64,000 nucleotides of DNA. It comes from an uncultured Clostridia bacterium (GTDB taxonomy: Bacteria; Bacillota; Clostridia; Oscillospirales; Ruminococcaceae). A model generated the notes under the pieces. It was given only the letters and a program-made list of their open reading frames with translations. It was not told the origin of the DNA and made no database searches. The first letter of the stretch is position 1. Each line of letters begins with the position of its first letter. Of the stretch, positions 28,536-37,529 are shown one piece after another. The DNA lies in the NCBI GenBank assembly GCA_945876435.1, contig CAMCOD010000001.1, forward strand, positions 19,372 to 83,371, given 5' to 3'. Made by a program: the position numbers and the translations under genes.

Positions 28536-28568
28536 AAAGGCCCTGCTTACGCAGGGCCTTTTTCTTTT
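28536..28568 (+). terminator. intrinsic terminator after the 21-aa peptide
   Basis: AAAGGCCCTGC-TTAC-GCAGGGCCTTT then TTCTTTT. Confidence 0.85.
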
Positions 28569-28634
28569 GTTCCACTTTTTGCGACCAGGGAATGTTCCGC
28601 AAAGGAACGGACAAACTAACCGTGAGGTGATACA

Positions 28635-28826
28635 ATGCCCAAACAAGGAATGGCACGGCCCAACTGGACCCACAATCAACCCAGAAACGATGCTCCGCCG
28701 GTTCCTGCGATCCAGGGGAAGGCAAAACATGGGAAAAAACCGGCAAAACCCATCATCCTTGGAACCAGCGGTCCGGAACTGAAGGTATACCACCATCTGA
28801 AAGGTGACAATACCAGCAACTCCTGA
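28635..28826 (+). CDS. small basic Pro/Lys-rich hypothetical protein (63 aa)
   Basis: RBS GAGGTGA; upstream GAATG-N15-GACAAACTA resembles a forespore sigma promoter. Confidence 0.65.
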   Translation: MPKQGMARPNWTHNQPRNDAPPVPAIQGKAKHGKKPAKPIILGTSGPELKVYHHLKGDNTSNS

Positions 28827-29017
28827 CCTCTCACAGATAAGACCGGTAAATTTAAATGGAAACCCTTCATTTAGGAATCATTCCTTTTCTGGGATAGTTC
28901 CTTTTTCTCTGTCGGGCATCTTACCGGTAAAGCGGATACAAGATTTGTTTTGAACTTATTTCCATTATCATACATATACTGTCTTATCACCTACTGACAA
29001 AGGAGGAGGATTTGGCC

Positions 29018-29923
29018 ATGGAAAAGACGCAGGATTATGTCGTTTGCTCCTTGGAACTGCACCTGTTCTTTGCACGCATTATGAAGGAGCACTCTTTCTT
29101 TTTAAAAGTCGGCTTTCTTCCGCCCAACGAAGATCTTGCGGGACAAGGGGAACGCCTGATGCGAAATTTTGAACATTTGCTGTCCCGGGCGATTGCGCTC
29201 AGTAATCATGTCGTTTGCCAAAATGTACTGGACTCCGGAGAAATTGTTACCGAATTCACTGATTTGGCGGAGCGCCAAACCCAGCGCCTCAGCGGCACAT
29301 TCATTGACCGAAGGCTGACTGCCCGGGCCATGCAGCTAAAGGGCCGGGATTGCGGAACCGACTGGTCTGCGCCGCCTATGCTTACACGTCAGATTCAACA
29401 GCTGAACCGGGATGGACTCCAATTCTTGCAGCGTCTTATCGCCTTTAAGGAAGGTCTGCTGCAAAGAATCGGTTCCTGTAATCTCTTTACTTCCAATTAT
29501 CCCTTGCTGATTGAGCATATTCTGCGGGAAGCCCGCCTTTACCGCGCCCATCTTCTGCGGCTGGAGGGCATGGAAGATGGGAATAAGCAGGAACTCCGGG
29601 ACAGCGAACTGTTCTGGAATCAGATCATGATGGAACACGCCCTGTTCATTCGGGGACTGCTGGATCCCAGCGAAGATACGCTGATCCAAAGCGCCGATAA
29701 CTTTGCCGCAGAGTACAAACGGCTGCTGGCAGCCTCCTCAGCGGCCAACGACCGTATCATGCACAGCAAAAATGCCCTCGCCCTCACCGAAAAATTCCGG
29801 GATTTCAAACGGGCAGGTGTGGATGGCATTGAAAAATGCCAGATCCGCTCCATTATTCTCCCTCTGCTGGCTGACCATGTGCTTCGGGAAGCCAATCATT
29901 ATATCCGTTTGCTGGAAAGCTGA
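29018..29923 (+). CDS. DUF2935 domain protein (two internal repeats)
   Basis: Repeated LFF/W.RIM.EHS/ALF...G motif and EHI/DHVLREA.HY motif; strong RBS AGGAGGAGG, ATG 29018. Confidence 0.85.
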   Translation: MEKTQDYVVCSLELHLFFARIMKEHSFFLKVGFLPPNEDLAGQGERLMRNFEHLLSRAIALSNHVVCQNVLDSGEIVTEFTDLAERQTQRLSGTFIDRRLTARAMQLKGRDCGTDWSAPPMLTRQIQQLNRDGLQFLQRLIAFKEGLLQRIGSCNLFTSNYPLLIEHILREARLYRAHLLRLEGMEDGNKQELRDSELFWNQIMMEHALFIRGLLDPSEDTLIQSADNFAAEYKRLLAASSAANDRIMHSKNALALTEKFRDFKRAGVDGIEKCQIRSIILPLLADHVLREANHYIRLLES

Positions 29924-29988
29924 CCCTTCTTGACCCCGCCAAGTCCACTGGACGGATAATTCTCGCTCCGCCGTGTATACTAACAGCG

Positions 29989-31302
29989 GTGATGAACATG
30001 ATCGATTCTGTGTGGGCGGATACTGCCCAACTTCCCTCCTTTTCTTCCCTAAAACAGGACGTTCGTACCGATGTTTTGATTGTTGGCGGCGGCTTGGCCG
30101 GCCTACTTTGTGCCTACATGCTGACACAGGATGGTGTGAACTGCCTGCTGATCGAAGCAGATACCATCTGCAGCGGCATTTCCCGGAATACTACGGCAAA
30201 ATTGACTTCCCAACATGGGCTGATCTATGGAAAATTGGAAAGAGAGTTTGGTCCAGACACCGCTCGCCTATATTGGGAAGCCAACGAAGCCGCATTGGCC
30301 CAATACCGACGGCTTTCCCGAAAGTCTCCCTGCGATTTCCAGGAAAAAAACGCTTATGTTTACGCTGTGGAACAACAGTATAAGTTGGAAGAGGAATTGT
30401 CCGCTCTGGAACGCAGCAGAATTCCAGCTGACTATGTGGATACCCTGCCTCTCCCCTTTGCGGTTTCCGCTGCGATCCGTTTTAAAAACCAGGCTCAATT
30501 TCATCCTCTGAAATTTGCCGCCGGCATCGCTCAGGGGCTGAATATCTACGAACACACTGCTGCACGGGCTTTTGAAGGAACTACCGTCATCACAGATCAT
30601 GGCAGGATCAAAGCGGACAGCATTATCGTCGCAACCCATTTTCCTCTGCTGAACAAGCACGGAAGCTATTTTCTGAAAATGTTTCAGCATCGTTCCTATG
30701 TGCTTGCTTTGGAGCAGGCGCCAGACTTGGAGGGAATGTATATCGACGAAAAGGACACTGGCTTGTCCTTCCGGAATTATAATGACCTTCTCCTTTTGGG
30801 TGGCGGAGCCCACCGCACCGGAAAGCAGGGTGGGAACTGGGAAGAACTGGAGCACTTCGCCAGAAAATATTATCCGCAGGCAAACATAAAAGAACGCTGG
30901 GCAGCCCAAGACTGTATGACTCTGGACGGTATCCCCTATATCGGTCCTTACAGCAGAAGCACCAAAGGCCTATACGTTGCCACAGGCTTCAATAAGTGGG
31001 GCATGACCTCCTCCATGGTGGCGGCAATGATTCTGCGTGATCTGGTGCAAGGGAGAGAAAATCCTTACGCTGCCGTTTTCTCCCCCTCCCGAACCATACT
31101 ACGGCCCCAACTCTTTGTCAATGCCGTTGAAGCCGCTGTAAACCTGCTGACTCCATCCACACCCCGCTGCCCTCACATGGGCTGCGCCCTGAAATGGAAC
31201 CCTCAGGAACGCTCCTGGGACTGTCCCTGCCACGGTTCCCGCTTCGCCAAGGAAGGGAAGCTGCTGGATAACCCGGCTACCGGAAATTTAAAGCGAAATT
31301 AA
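29989..31302 (+). CDS. FAD-dependent oxidoreductase with C-terminal Rieske [2Fe-2S] motif (YhfW-like)
   Basis: DVLIVGGGLAG, NTTAKLT, TGFNKWGMT, C-terminal CPHMGC...WDCPCHGSRF. Confidence 0.92.
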   Translation: MMNMIDSVWADTAQLPSFSSLKQDVRTDVLIVGGGLAGLLCAYMLTQDGVNCLLIEADTICSGISRNTTAKLTSQHGLIYGKLEREFGPDTARLYWEANEAALAQYRRLSRKSPCDFQEKNAYVYAVEQQYKLEEELSALERSRIPADYVDTLPLPFAVSAAIRFKNQAQFHPLKFAAGIAQGLNIYEHTAARAFEGTTVITDHGRIKADSIIVATHFPLLNKHGSYFLKMFQHRSYVLALEQAPDLEGMYIDEKDTGLSFRNYNDLLLLGGGAHRTGKQGGNWEELEHFARKYYPQANIKERWAAQDCMTLDGIPYIGPYSRSTKGLYVATGFNKWGMTSSMVAAMILRDLVQGRENPYAAVFSPSRTILRPQLFVNAVEAAVNLLTPSTPRCPHMGCALKWNPQERSWDCPCHGSRFAKEGKLLDNPATGNLKRN

Positions 31303-31436
31303 GCCTGAAAGGGGGAGATTCCTGTCATAAGACGGGTATCTCCCCCCTTTCTTGTATTGCCTTTGCCGCTGTGCTATAATAGCCGTAACAGTAGGAAACT
31401 GGTATGAACCAAAATTTGCCGAGGAGGATGACCAAT

Positions 31437-31895
31437 ATGCAAATACGCAGCCTTGGAAAAGAGGATTACAGCGATTTTGACCGCCTGATGCGGCAGCTGC
31501 ACCAGCTTCATGTGGAGCAGAGGCCGGATCTTTACCTTCCCATGGAGCATTTTTGTTCTCGGGAGGATTTTGAGAAGCTGTTGGACAGCGAAGACAGTAT
31601 TGCCCTCTGCGCGGAAACAGAGAAGCGGATCACTGGACTCTGTCTGGTAACGCTGCGGAAGAAAAGCGTCATGGTGGAAATGACCAGTACTTATATGGAT
31701 GCTCTGGTGGTGGATAAGATCTGCCGGCACCAAGGCATTGCCAAAGCACTGTTTCGGCAGGCGGAGCAGCTTGCCCGGGAAAAGGGTGCCCAGCGTCTGG
31801 ATCTAATGGTCTGGGCTTTCAATCAGGAAGCGCAAGCCTTATACGAGCACATGGGTATGACACCTCAGCGTTACATCTACGAGAAAAAACTCTAA
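31437..31895 (+). CDS. GNAT N-acetyltransferase
   Basis: DALVVDKICRHQGIAKALF, LMVWAFNQEAQALYEHMGM; start moved to ATG 31437 after GAGGAGG. Confidence 0.85.
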   Translation: MQIRSLGKEDYSDFDRLMRQLHQLHVEQRPDLYLPMEHFCSREDFEKLLDSEDSIALCAETEKRITGLCLVTLRKKSVMVEMTSTYMDALVVDKICRHQGIAKALFRQAEQLAREKGAQRLDLMVWAFNQEAQALYEHMGMTPQRYIYEKKL

Positions 31896-31907
31896 GGAGG
31901 AAAAAGC

Positions 31908-32363
31908 ATGGCAAGGAGTGAAAGCGCTGTTTTTACCAATATGTGCATGATCTGCGACAACAATGGTAATATCCTGGTCCAAAACCGGAAAAATCCCAAC
32001 TGGCCCGGAGTCACCTTTCCCGGAGGCCATGTGAAACACGGTGAATCCTTTGTGGAATCTGTCATCCGGGAAGTGAAGGAAGAAACAGGTTTCGATATCG
32101 AACACCCCATCCTTTGCGGCATCAAACAGTTCCAGGATCGCAGCGACAGCCGCTATGTAGTGCTGTTTTACAAATGCAGCCACTTTTCCGGAGAGTTACA
32201 GTCCTCCGATGAGGGAGAGGTTTTCTGGATCCCTCGCAGCGAGCTGCTGAATTATCCTCTTGCCAACGATTTTGAACGTATGCTGGAGATATTTGAGTCC
32301 GATGACCTGAGCGAGTTCTATTACTACAAGGAAAAGGACCAGTGGAAAATAAAACTGCTGTAA
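31908..32363 (+). CDS. NUDIX hydrolase (MutT-like 8-oxo-dGTPase)
   Basis: Nudix box GGHVKHGESFVESVIREVKEETG. Confidence 0.92.
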   Translation: MARSESAVFTNMCMICDNNGNILVQNRKNPNWPGVTFPGGHVKHGESFVESVIREVKEETGFDIEHPILCGIKQFQDRSDSRYVVLFYKCSHFSGELQSSDEGEVFWIPRSELLNYPLANDFERMLEIFESDDLSEFYYYKEKDQWKIKLL

Positions 32364-32401
32364 AACAGCCGCCTGTTTATCACAGACGGCTGTTTTTTGT
32401 A

Positions 32402-32812
32402 TTACCGCTTGGTAAAACGGATCCAACCTTCTTCCTCCAGATAAAGGTCGATGCTGTTTTTGTCCACATACTGGTAGCCATAGCCGGTACCGAAATTGGA
32501 CTGGTCATTTTTCGCTGGTTCCTTGTCCTCCGCCACAGTGGAAGTGATTTCCCCATCCATCACACCGCAGCGGGCATCTATATCACTGAGACCATTCTCC
32601 CGGTACAGCGCGCCGTCCACCATTACCATCCGGGGAAGAGTCTCTGTTGGGGACTCAGTCTCCTCCGGCGGGATCAGCAGCACCTGGGCATAGACAATTT
32701 CCTCCGCCCGCAGGCTTTTCAGCGGCCTTCTGCCCACCTGCTTCCAGCCCCAGCAAACAAAACCTGCCGCTAAAACTGTAAACAGCAGAAATATCGCTCT
32801 TTTCCTCATCAA
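32402..32812 (-). CDS. membrane-anchored hypothetical protein
   Basis: N-terminal TM helix; C-terminal MVMVDG.LY...RCGVMDGEITSTV...NDQSNFGTGYGYQY segment. Confidence 0.7.
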   Translation of the reverse strand: MMRKRAIFLLFTVLAAGFVCWGWKQVGRRPLKSLRAEEIVYAQVLLIPPEETESPTETLPRMVMVDGALYRENGLSDIDARCGVMDGEITSTVAEDKEPAKNDQSNFGTGYGYQYVDKNSIDLYLEEEGWIRFTKR

Positions 32813-32879
32813 AACAGCCCTCCTCTTTTGCCTTTCTGAAATAAAAGGACGAAAAAGGGGGGCTATTGGTTACAGGCGT

Positions 32880-33560
32880 TTATTCTTCTTCTGAGGAAAG
32901 CGCGCGGACTTCTTTATAAATCTCCTGCATCTCCTTATCCATCTGGGAGATGGTGTCCGCACAGTGATGCAGATTATCCGCAATGGAAGCCGGGACAAAA
33001 TCCTCCATTTTATAACGGATCTGATGCTCCAGACTGGCCCAGAAATCCATGGCAATGGTGCGAAGCTGGATCTCTACCCGAACCGGCTGCTTGCGATCGG
33101 ACAGGAATACCGGTACTTCCACCACCATATGATAGCTGCGGTAGCCATTGGGTTTTGGATTCTTAATATAATCTTTTTCCACAAGTACCTTCAGGTCATC
33201 CTGACGGCGGATCCGCTCCGCCACCACATAAATATCATCAATATAAGGACAGATAACGCGTACACCGGCAACGTCGTTCAAATTTTTGACCACAGAGTCC
33301 ATTGAAATCTCGTAGCCCTTCCGGTTCAGCTTCTCGATAATGCTGAAAATGCTTTTTACGCGGCTTTTAATGGTTTCGATTGGATTATGAATGTGCTTGC
33401 ACTGAGCTTCCCGCTGCAAGATCTCCAGTTTTGTGGTAATTTCCTGAATGCCTGATTCATACAGAGCCATAGACTGCTGCATCTTCATAGCGATTGCCAG
33501 CACTTCTTCCGCTGTGTGACCGCTGGTCATTTTTGTCCCTAAAAGTTCCTTAAACTCCAA
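32880..33560 (-). CDS. small alarmone (p)ppGpp synthetase, RelP/RelQ (YwaC/YjbM) family
   Basis: RVKS..SI.EKL.RK, DVAGVRVIC, KDYIKNPKPNGYRSYH, VEIQLRTIAMDFWASLEH; no hydrolase domain. Confidence 0.93.
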   Translation of the reverse strand: MEFKELLGTKMTSGHTAEEVLAIAMKMQQSMALYESGIQEITTKLEILQREAQCKHIHNPIETIKSRVKSIFSIIEKLNRKGYEISMDSVVKNLNDVAGVRVICPYIDDIYVVAERIRRQDDLKVLVEKDYIKNPKPNGYRSYHMVVEVPVFLSDRKQPVRVEIQLRTIAMDFWASLEHQIRYKMEDFVPASIADNLHHCADTISQMDKEMQEIYKEVRALSSEEE

Positions 33561-33699
33561 GAGCGTAACCTCCCGTTTCTATACTATAATCTTATAGTAA
33601 GGTTTTCCCTGGAAAAAATCAATGCGAATCCGTAAATTTTCAACAACTTTTCTTTAAAAATGACAAAAAGTCCTTTTTCAGCAAAAAGGACTTTTCCGA

Positions 33700-34881
33700 T
33701 CATGAAACACACAGGGTCTTTGGCAGCCGGTTACGGCTTTGGCTGCGGAACAACAGGATCTCCCGAAGCTCCACACTGTCCCCCTGAACTGGATATTCCA
33801 GCATTTCCTCCGCTGTTTTTGCGGAAAAATCCGTGGTCATAACCACCGCTTGATTAATACTGCCCATAGGCAGCAGCAAATCCGGATCATGAAACCATTG
33901 GATCTTCCTCTGCTCCATTGTGGAAATAAGCCCCAAAGCTCGAAGCTGTATCCAAATATCATAGCTCATATACAGCTTATCCGCTTTATCCAAAACCTGA
34001 CGGAAGCTTAGGCCAGGCTGTCCCGCCAAAGTATTTTTCTGAGAAACCAGCACTTTGATTGGTTTTTTCCCCAATTCAATATAATAATACTCTTTTTCCT
34101 CGTCCTGAGGCGTCCAATAACAGAGAATGGCATCGTATAACTGCTGACTCAATTCCCGGCGGCTGTATTCCGGGCTGTACCGCTGCAGCTTTACCTCCAG
34201 CTGAGGGAAATCCTTCTTCCACGCTGCTAACCTTCCCCGCAGTGCATCTGCCGACTGCAAACCTGGAATACCAATGGTCAGGTGATGCTCTTCCCGCTGG
34301 CAGGCTACATTTCTGGCATTCTCCACCGCCTGCCGGTACAGCCGCTGCAAACGTCTGGCATCGGCGAAGAAAAGCTCTCCCTGGGCCGTCAACTCTACAC
34401 TGCGTCCGCTGCGGCGGAACAGGTTACAGCCCAACATACTTTCCAGAGAAGCAATCTGCTGGCTGATGGCGGATTGTGCCACTCCGCACTCCTTGGCCGC
34501 CTTGGTAAAATTATGATGCTTTGCCGCGCAAACAAAGTAATCCAGTTTTTCAATACCGGAAAAACCGACCCCGTTTTCCATCAGAGATTCCGCCGAAGCC
34601 GGCTGCCGTTTTATCCGCTGTTCCGGAAGCTCCCGAACGCGGCGGATGCTGGCTTCATATTCCTCCATCAGGCAGGAAACGGACTGATAAAATTCCGCTC
34701 CCGCATCGGTCAATTCCACACGGCGGTTTTTTCGCTGAAACAGAAGAAAGCCTAAATCTTTTTCCAGAGAAAGCATCTGTTTGCTAATGGCCGGTTGGGC
34801 AATATGACATTCGTGTGCTGCTTTTGTAAAATTCCGGTGTTTTGCCACACTGAGAAAATAACAGAGTTTTTCGATTTTCAT
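33700..34881 (-). CDS. LysR-type regulator with two tandem HTH domains
   Basis: HTH1 YFLSVAKHRNFTKAAHECHIAQPAISKQMLSLEKDLG; HTH2 YFVCAAKHHNFTKAAKECGVAQSAISQQIASLESMLG; then a single substrate-binding region. Confidence 0.88.
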   Translation of the reverse strand: MKIEKLCYFLSVAKHRNFTKAAHECHIAQPAISKQMLSLEKDLGFLLFQRKNRRVELTDAGAEFYQSVSCLMEEYEASIRRVRELPEQRIKRQPASAESLMENGVGFSGIEKLDYFVCAAKHHNFTKAAKECGVAQSAISQQIASLESMLGCNLFRRSGRSVELTAQGELFFADARRLQRLYRQAVENARNVACQREEHHLTIGIPGLQSADALRGRLAAWKKDFPQLEVKLQRYSPEYSRRELSQQLYDAILCYWTPQDEEKEYYYIELGKKPIKVLVSQKNTLAGQPGLSFRQVLDKADKLYMSYDIWIQLRALGLISTMEQRKIQWFHDPDLLLPMGSINQAVVMTTDFSAKTAEEMLEYPVQGDSVELREILLFRSQSRNRLPKTLCVS

Positions 34882-35152
34882 TTCTGTTTCCCTCTTTAAT
34901 ATCTACTTTTTTTCATTGTAGCAAACCTTTTCTCAATAAACCAATCAGTTTTATTTATTGGTTTTCGCAAAACAATCCAAAAAATCAATATAACGCTTCA
35001 TCCGCTGAAATTTTGCCTAAAAAACAAGGATTTTACGGTATTTACCGACTTTTTTCCTGATATTGATTGATTTTTTCCATAAGAAAAACCGCCGGAACTT
35101 TTGTTCCGGCGGTCTCAAGCTTATTTCATAATGGCTTTCAGCATCCCTCGCC

Positions 35153-35899
35153 CTACGGCTGGCCAAGAACATGGCCGAGGAAGTAAGGAAGCTGCTTTTT
35201 CCACCAGGGCCAGTCGTGGTTGACATCATAACCCCAGTAATCCACCCAGGCATGGATTCCTTTTTCCTCAAGAATTCCTTCCAACCTATGGGTGCTTTCC
35301 AGCATCAGGTCCTCCCAAGCGCCCTGCCCCACACAGATGATAATATTGCTGTGGTTGTACAGATCAATATAGTAGTGATCCTTTGGCATATTCTGCAGAA
35401 AATCATTGGGAGAATTCTGGTACAGCAACTCGTCCATATAATCGCCGAAGAAGGATTTGGATTCATAGACGCCACTGAGCGCGATCACCGCGTCAAATAC
35501 ATCCGGCCGGCGGAAGAAAAAGTTGGCGCTGTGAGTGGCACCCATGCTGCAGCCGGTGGTCATCAGCTTCTCTCCGCTGCCATTGATTTCTTTTACCATG
35601 GGAACGAACTCTTCCATAATGTAATTGTACCAGCGCTCCTGCATCTCACTGCGGTGGCGGGGATCTCCGCCCTGATCCGACCAGCTTTCGCCGTCAATAC
35701 TGTCCACACAGAACAGTTGGAGCTTGCCTGCTTCGATCCAGGGGCGGACGATTTCCGTCATCTGGAAGTTCTCGTAGTCAAAAAAGCGACCGTTCTGGCA
35801 GGGGAATACCACGCAGGGTTTTCCGCCGTAACCGTATACATTAAACTCCATATCCCGGTCCAGGAAACGGCTGTAGGTTTTTACATATTGCTTTTCCAT
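35153..35899 (-). CDS. alpha/beta-hydrolase (esterase family)
   Basis: Nucleophile elbow GCSMG, C-terminal DVNHDWPWW; ATG 35899 after AGGAGG (track starts at 35944). Confidence 0.9.
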   Translation of the reverse strand: MEKQYVKTYSRFLDRDMEFNVYGYGGKPCVVFPCQNGRFFDYENFQMTEIVRPWIEAGKLQLFCVDSIDGESWSDQGGDPRHRSEMQERWYNYIMEEFVPMVKEINGSGEKLMTTGCSMGATHSANFFFRRPDVFDAVIALSGVYESKSFFGDYMDELLYQNSPNDFLQNMPKDHYYIDLYNHSNIIICVGQGAWEDLMLESTHRLEGILEEKGIHAWVDYWGYDVNHDWPWWKKQLPYFLGHVLGQP

Positions 35900-35918
35900 G
35901 TGGTTTTCCTCCTGTTTT

Positions 35919-37109
35919 CTAAGCCAGCCCCAGTACGAAAGCAATGTAATCGTTCATTTCTTCTTCCGTATCCAGCTTCGCAGTATACATTTCGTTGCCC
36001 ATCGCAACAGAGAAGATTTCCGGCATCCGCTCCCGCATTACGATCCGATCCCCGTAGCGCTCCATAATTTCTTCATGGCTATGGAGATAATGCTTGCCAT
36101 CCCGGCGGGCACAATATACCGCGAAATAATGCTGCTTATTCAGGTCAACATGGGTTTGGCCATAAGTAACCATATCCGCCCAAATCTGATAAACATCCAC
36201 ACTGTTGGCGAAATTGATCATATCCGGCGTATAACCGCCGGCCGGGCGCATATTAACCTCCAGCGCAACAATATCTCCCACATCGCCCAGGCCCTTTTTG
36301 GCCTTGGTCAAACGGAAGAATTCCAGATGGAAGAAACGGTTTCTGGCGTTAAAGGCTTTGATAACCCGATGGCCGATTTCACTGAGCTTTGGAGAGACCT
36401 GTTTTACCGTATGGTAGGAAACATGGTCCAAATCGTTTACAATATCCATAATGGACGGCGGGAATTCATTGGAAGTTTCGAAAATCACGTCGCAGTCATT
36501 GTTGGAAATACCGTCAAAGGAAACAATAAAGCCCTCGATGAATTCCTCCATAATGTACTGCACCGGCGGCAGCTCATCGTAGAAGCGATTGGTATCCTCG
36601 TCATTTTTCAGCTTATAGGTAGCGGACGCGCCTACGCCTATATCCGGTTTTACAATAACCGGATAACCAACCTTGTGGATAAATTCAAAGCCTTCTTCCC
36701 GATTGCTGACCATGTGGTGTCTGGCTACCGGAACACCGGCCTTGCGATAGAATTCCTTCATGGCAGATTTGCTCTTGAAGGCGTTGATCTCATGGGCTTT
36801 CATGCCGGTGGTAATGTTGAAATCGGAACGGAGCTTAGCATCCATCTCCAGCCAGTACTCGTTGTTGGACTCTACCCAGTCGATTTTTCCGTATTTATGG
36901 GTAAAGTAGCCCATGGCCCGGACTACCTCATCGTAATTTTCCAGGCTGTTTACCTTATAATACTCTGTCAGGGAATTTTTTACCTCCCACGACAGCTCAT
37001 TATAGGGGCAATCCGCAATGCCCAGTACGGTGACGCCGTTCTTTTTCAAACGGTCGCAGAAATTCCAATAGCTCTTTGGAAAATGGGGCGAAATAAATAC
37101 AAAGTTCAT
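35919..37109 (-). CDS. ATP-grasp domain protein (putative carboxylate-amine ligase)
   Basis: FKSKSAMK, GYPVIVKPDIGVGA, MEEFIEG, FFHLEFF, LEVNMRPAGG. Confidence 0.88.
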   Translation of the reverse strand: MNFVFISPHFPKSYWNFCDRLKKNGVTVLGIADCPYNELSWEVKNSLTEYYKVNSLENYDEVVRAMGYFTHKYGKIDWVESNNEYWLEMDAKLRSDFNITTGMKAHEINAFKSKSAMKEFYRKAGVPVARHHMVSNREEGFEFIHKVGYPVIVKPDIGVGASATYKLKNDEDTNRFYDELPPVQYIMEEFIEGFIVSFDGISNNDCDVIFETSNEFPPSIMDIVNDLDHVSYHTVKQVSPKLSEIGHRVIKAFNARNRFFHLEFFRLTKAKKGLGDVGDIVALEVNMRPAGGYTPDMINFANSVDVYQIWADMVTYGQTHVDLNKQHYFAVYCARRDGKHYLHSHEEIMERYGDRIVMRERMPEIFSVAMGNEMYTAKLDTEEEMNDYIAFVLGLA

Positions 37110-37446
37110 ACAAATGCCTCCCTGCGCTCTCTATTTTCACTTTGACTTGTTAAAGCAACAAAAATATAAAAAATGTCCTTGCTTATTCAGCTGGACTTTT
37201 GGTAATTATACCACTTTTCTTTTCTATTGCAAAGCGTTTTTTGCCTTTTTGTATGATAAGTAGAAATTTTTACATCCATTTTGTGGTTTCCTCAGTGAAA
37301 ATTCAGCAATTTTTCTGATTTTGGACTGAAAAGCGCTTTGAAAACACGCTCTTTTCAAAATAACACAAGACCATACTGCTTGGATCCAATTCGAAATTCA
37401 ACGATTGGGCAATGAGAGGCCAGCGTTTCATGATAATTTACAAGCA

Positions 37447-37475
37447 TTGACAAAAATGGAATAAAGGAATACAAT
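37447..37475 (+). promoter_or_regulatory. sigma-A promoter of the secreted Cys-rich protein gene
   Basis: TTGACA(37447-52)-17 bp-TACAAT(37470-75). Confidence 0.75.
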
Positions 37476-37529
37476 AAAATTAAAGAAAATTCCCGCTTTA
37501 TCACTTGAAAAGAAAGGTGTGTCCATCAT

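Noticed and set aside
27937-31400. Integrative element or prophage at tRNA-Pro
   Set aside because: No integrase, and I found no duplicated tRNA 3' end (attR) downstream; the genes look like resident sporulation genes.
37220-37345. cre/LacI-like palindromes (TGCAAAGCGTTT, AAAGCGCTTT)
   Set aside because: Imperfect matches in an AT-rich region with no obvious sugar-catabolic target; may be chance.
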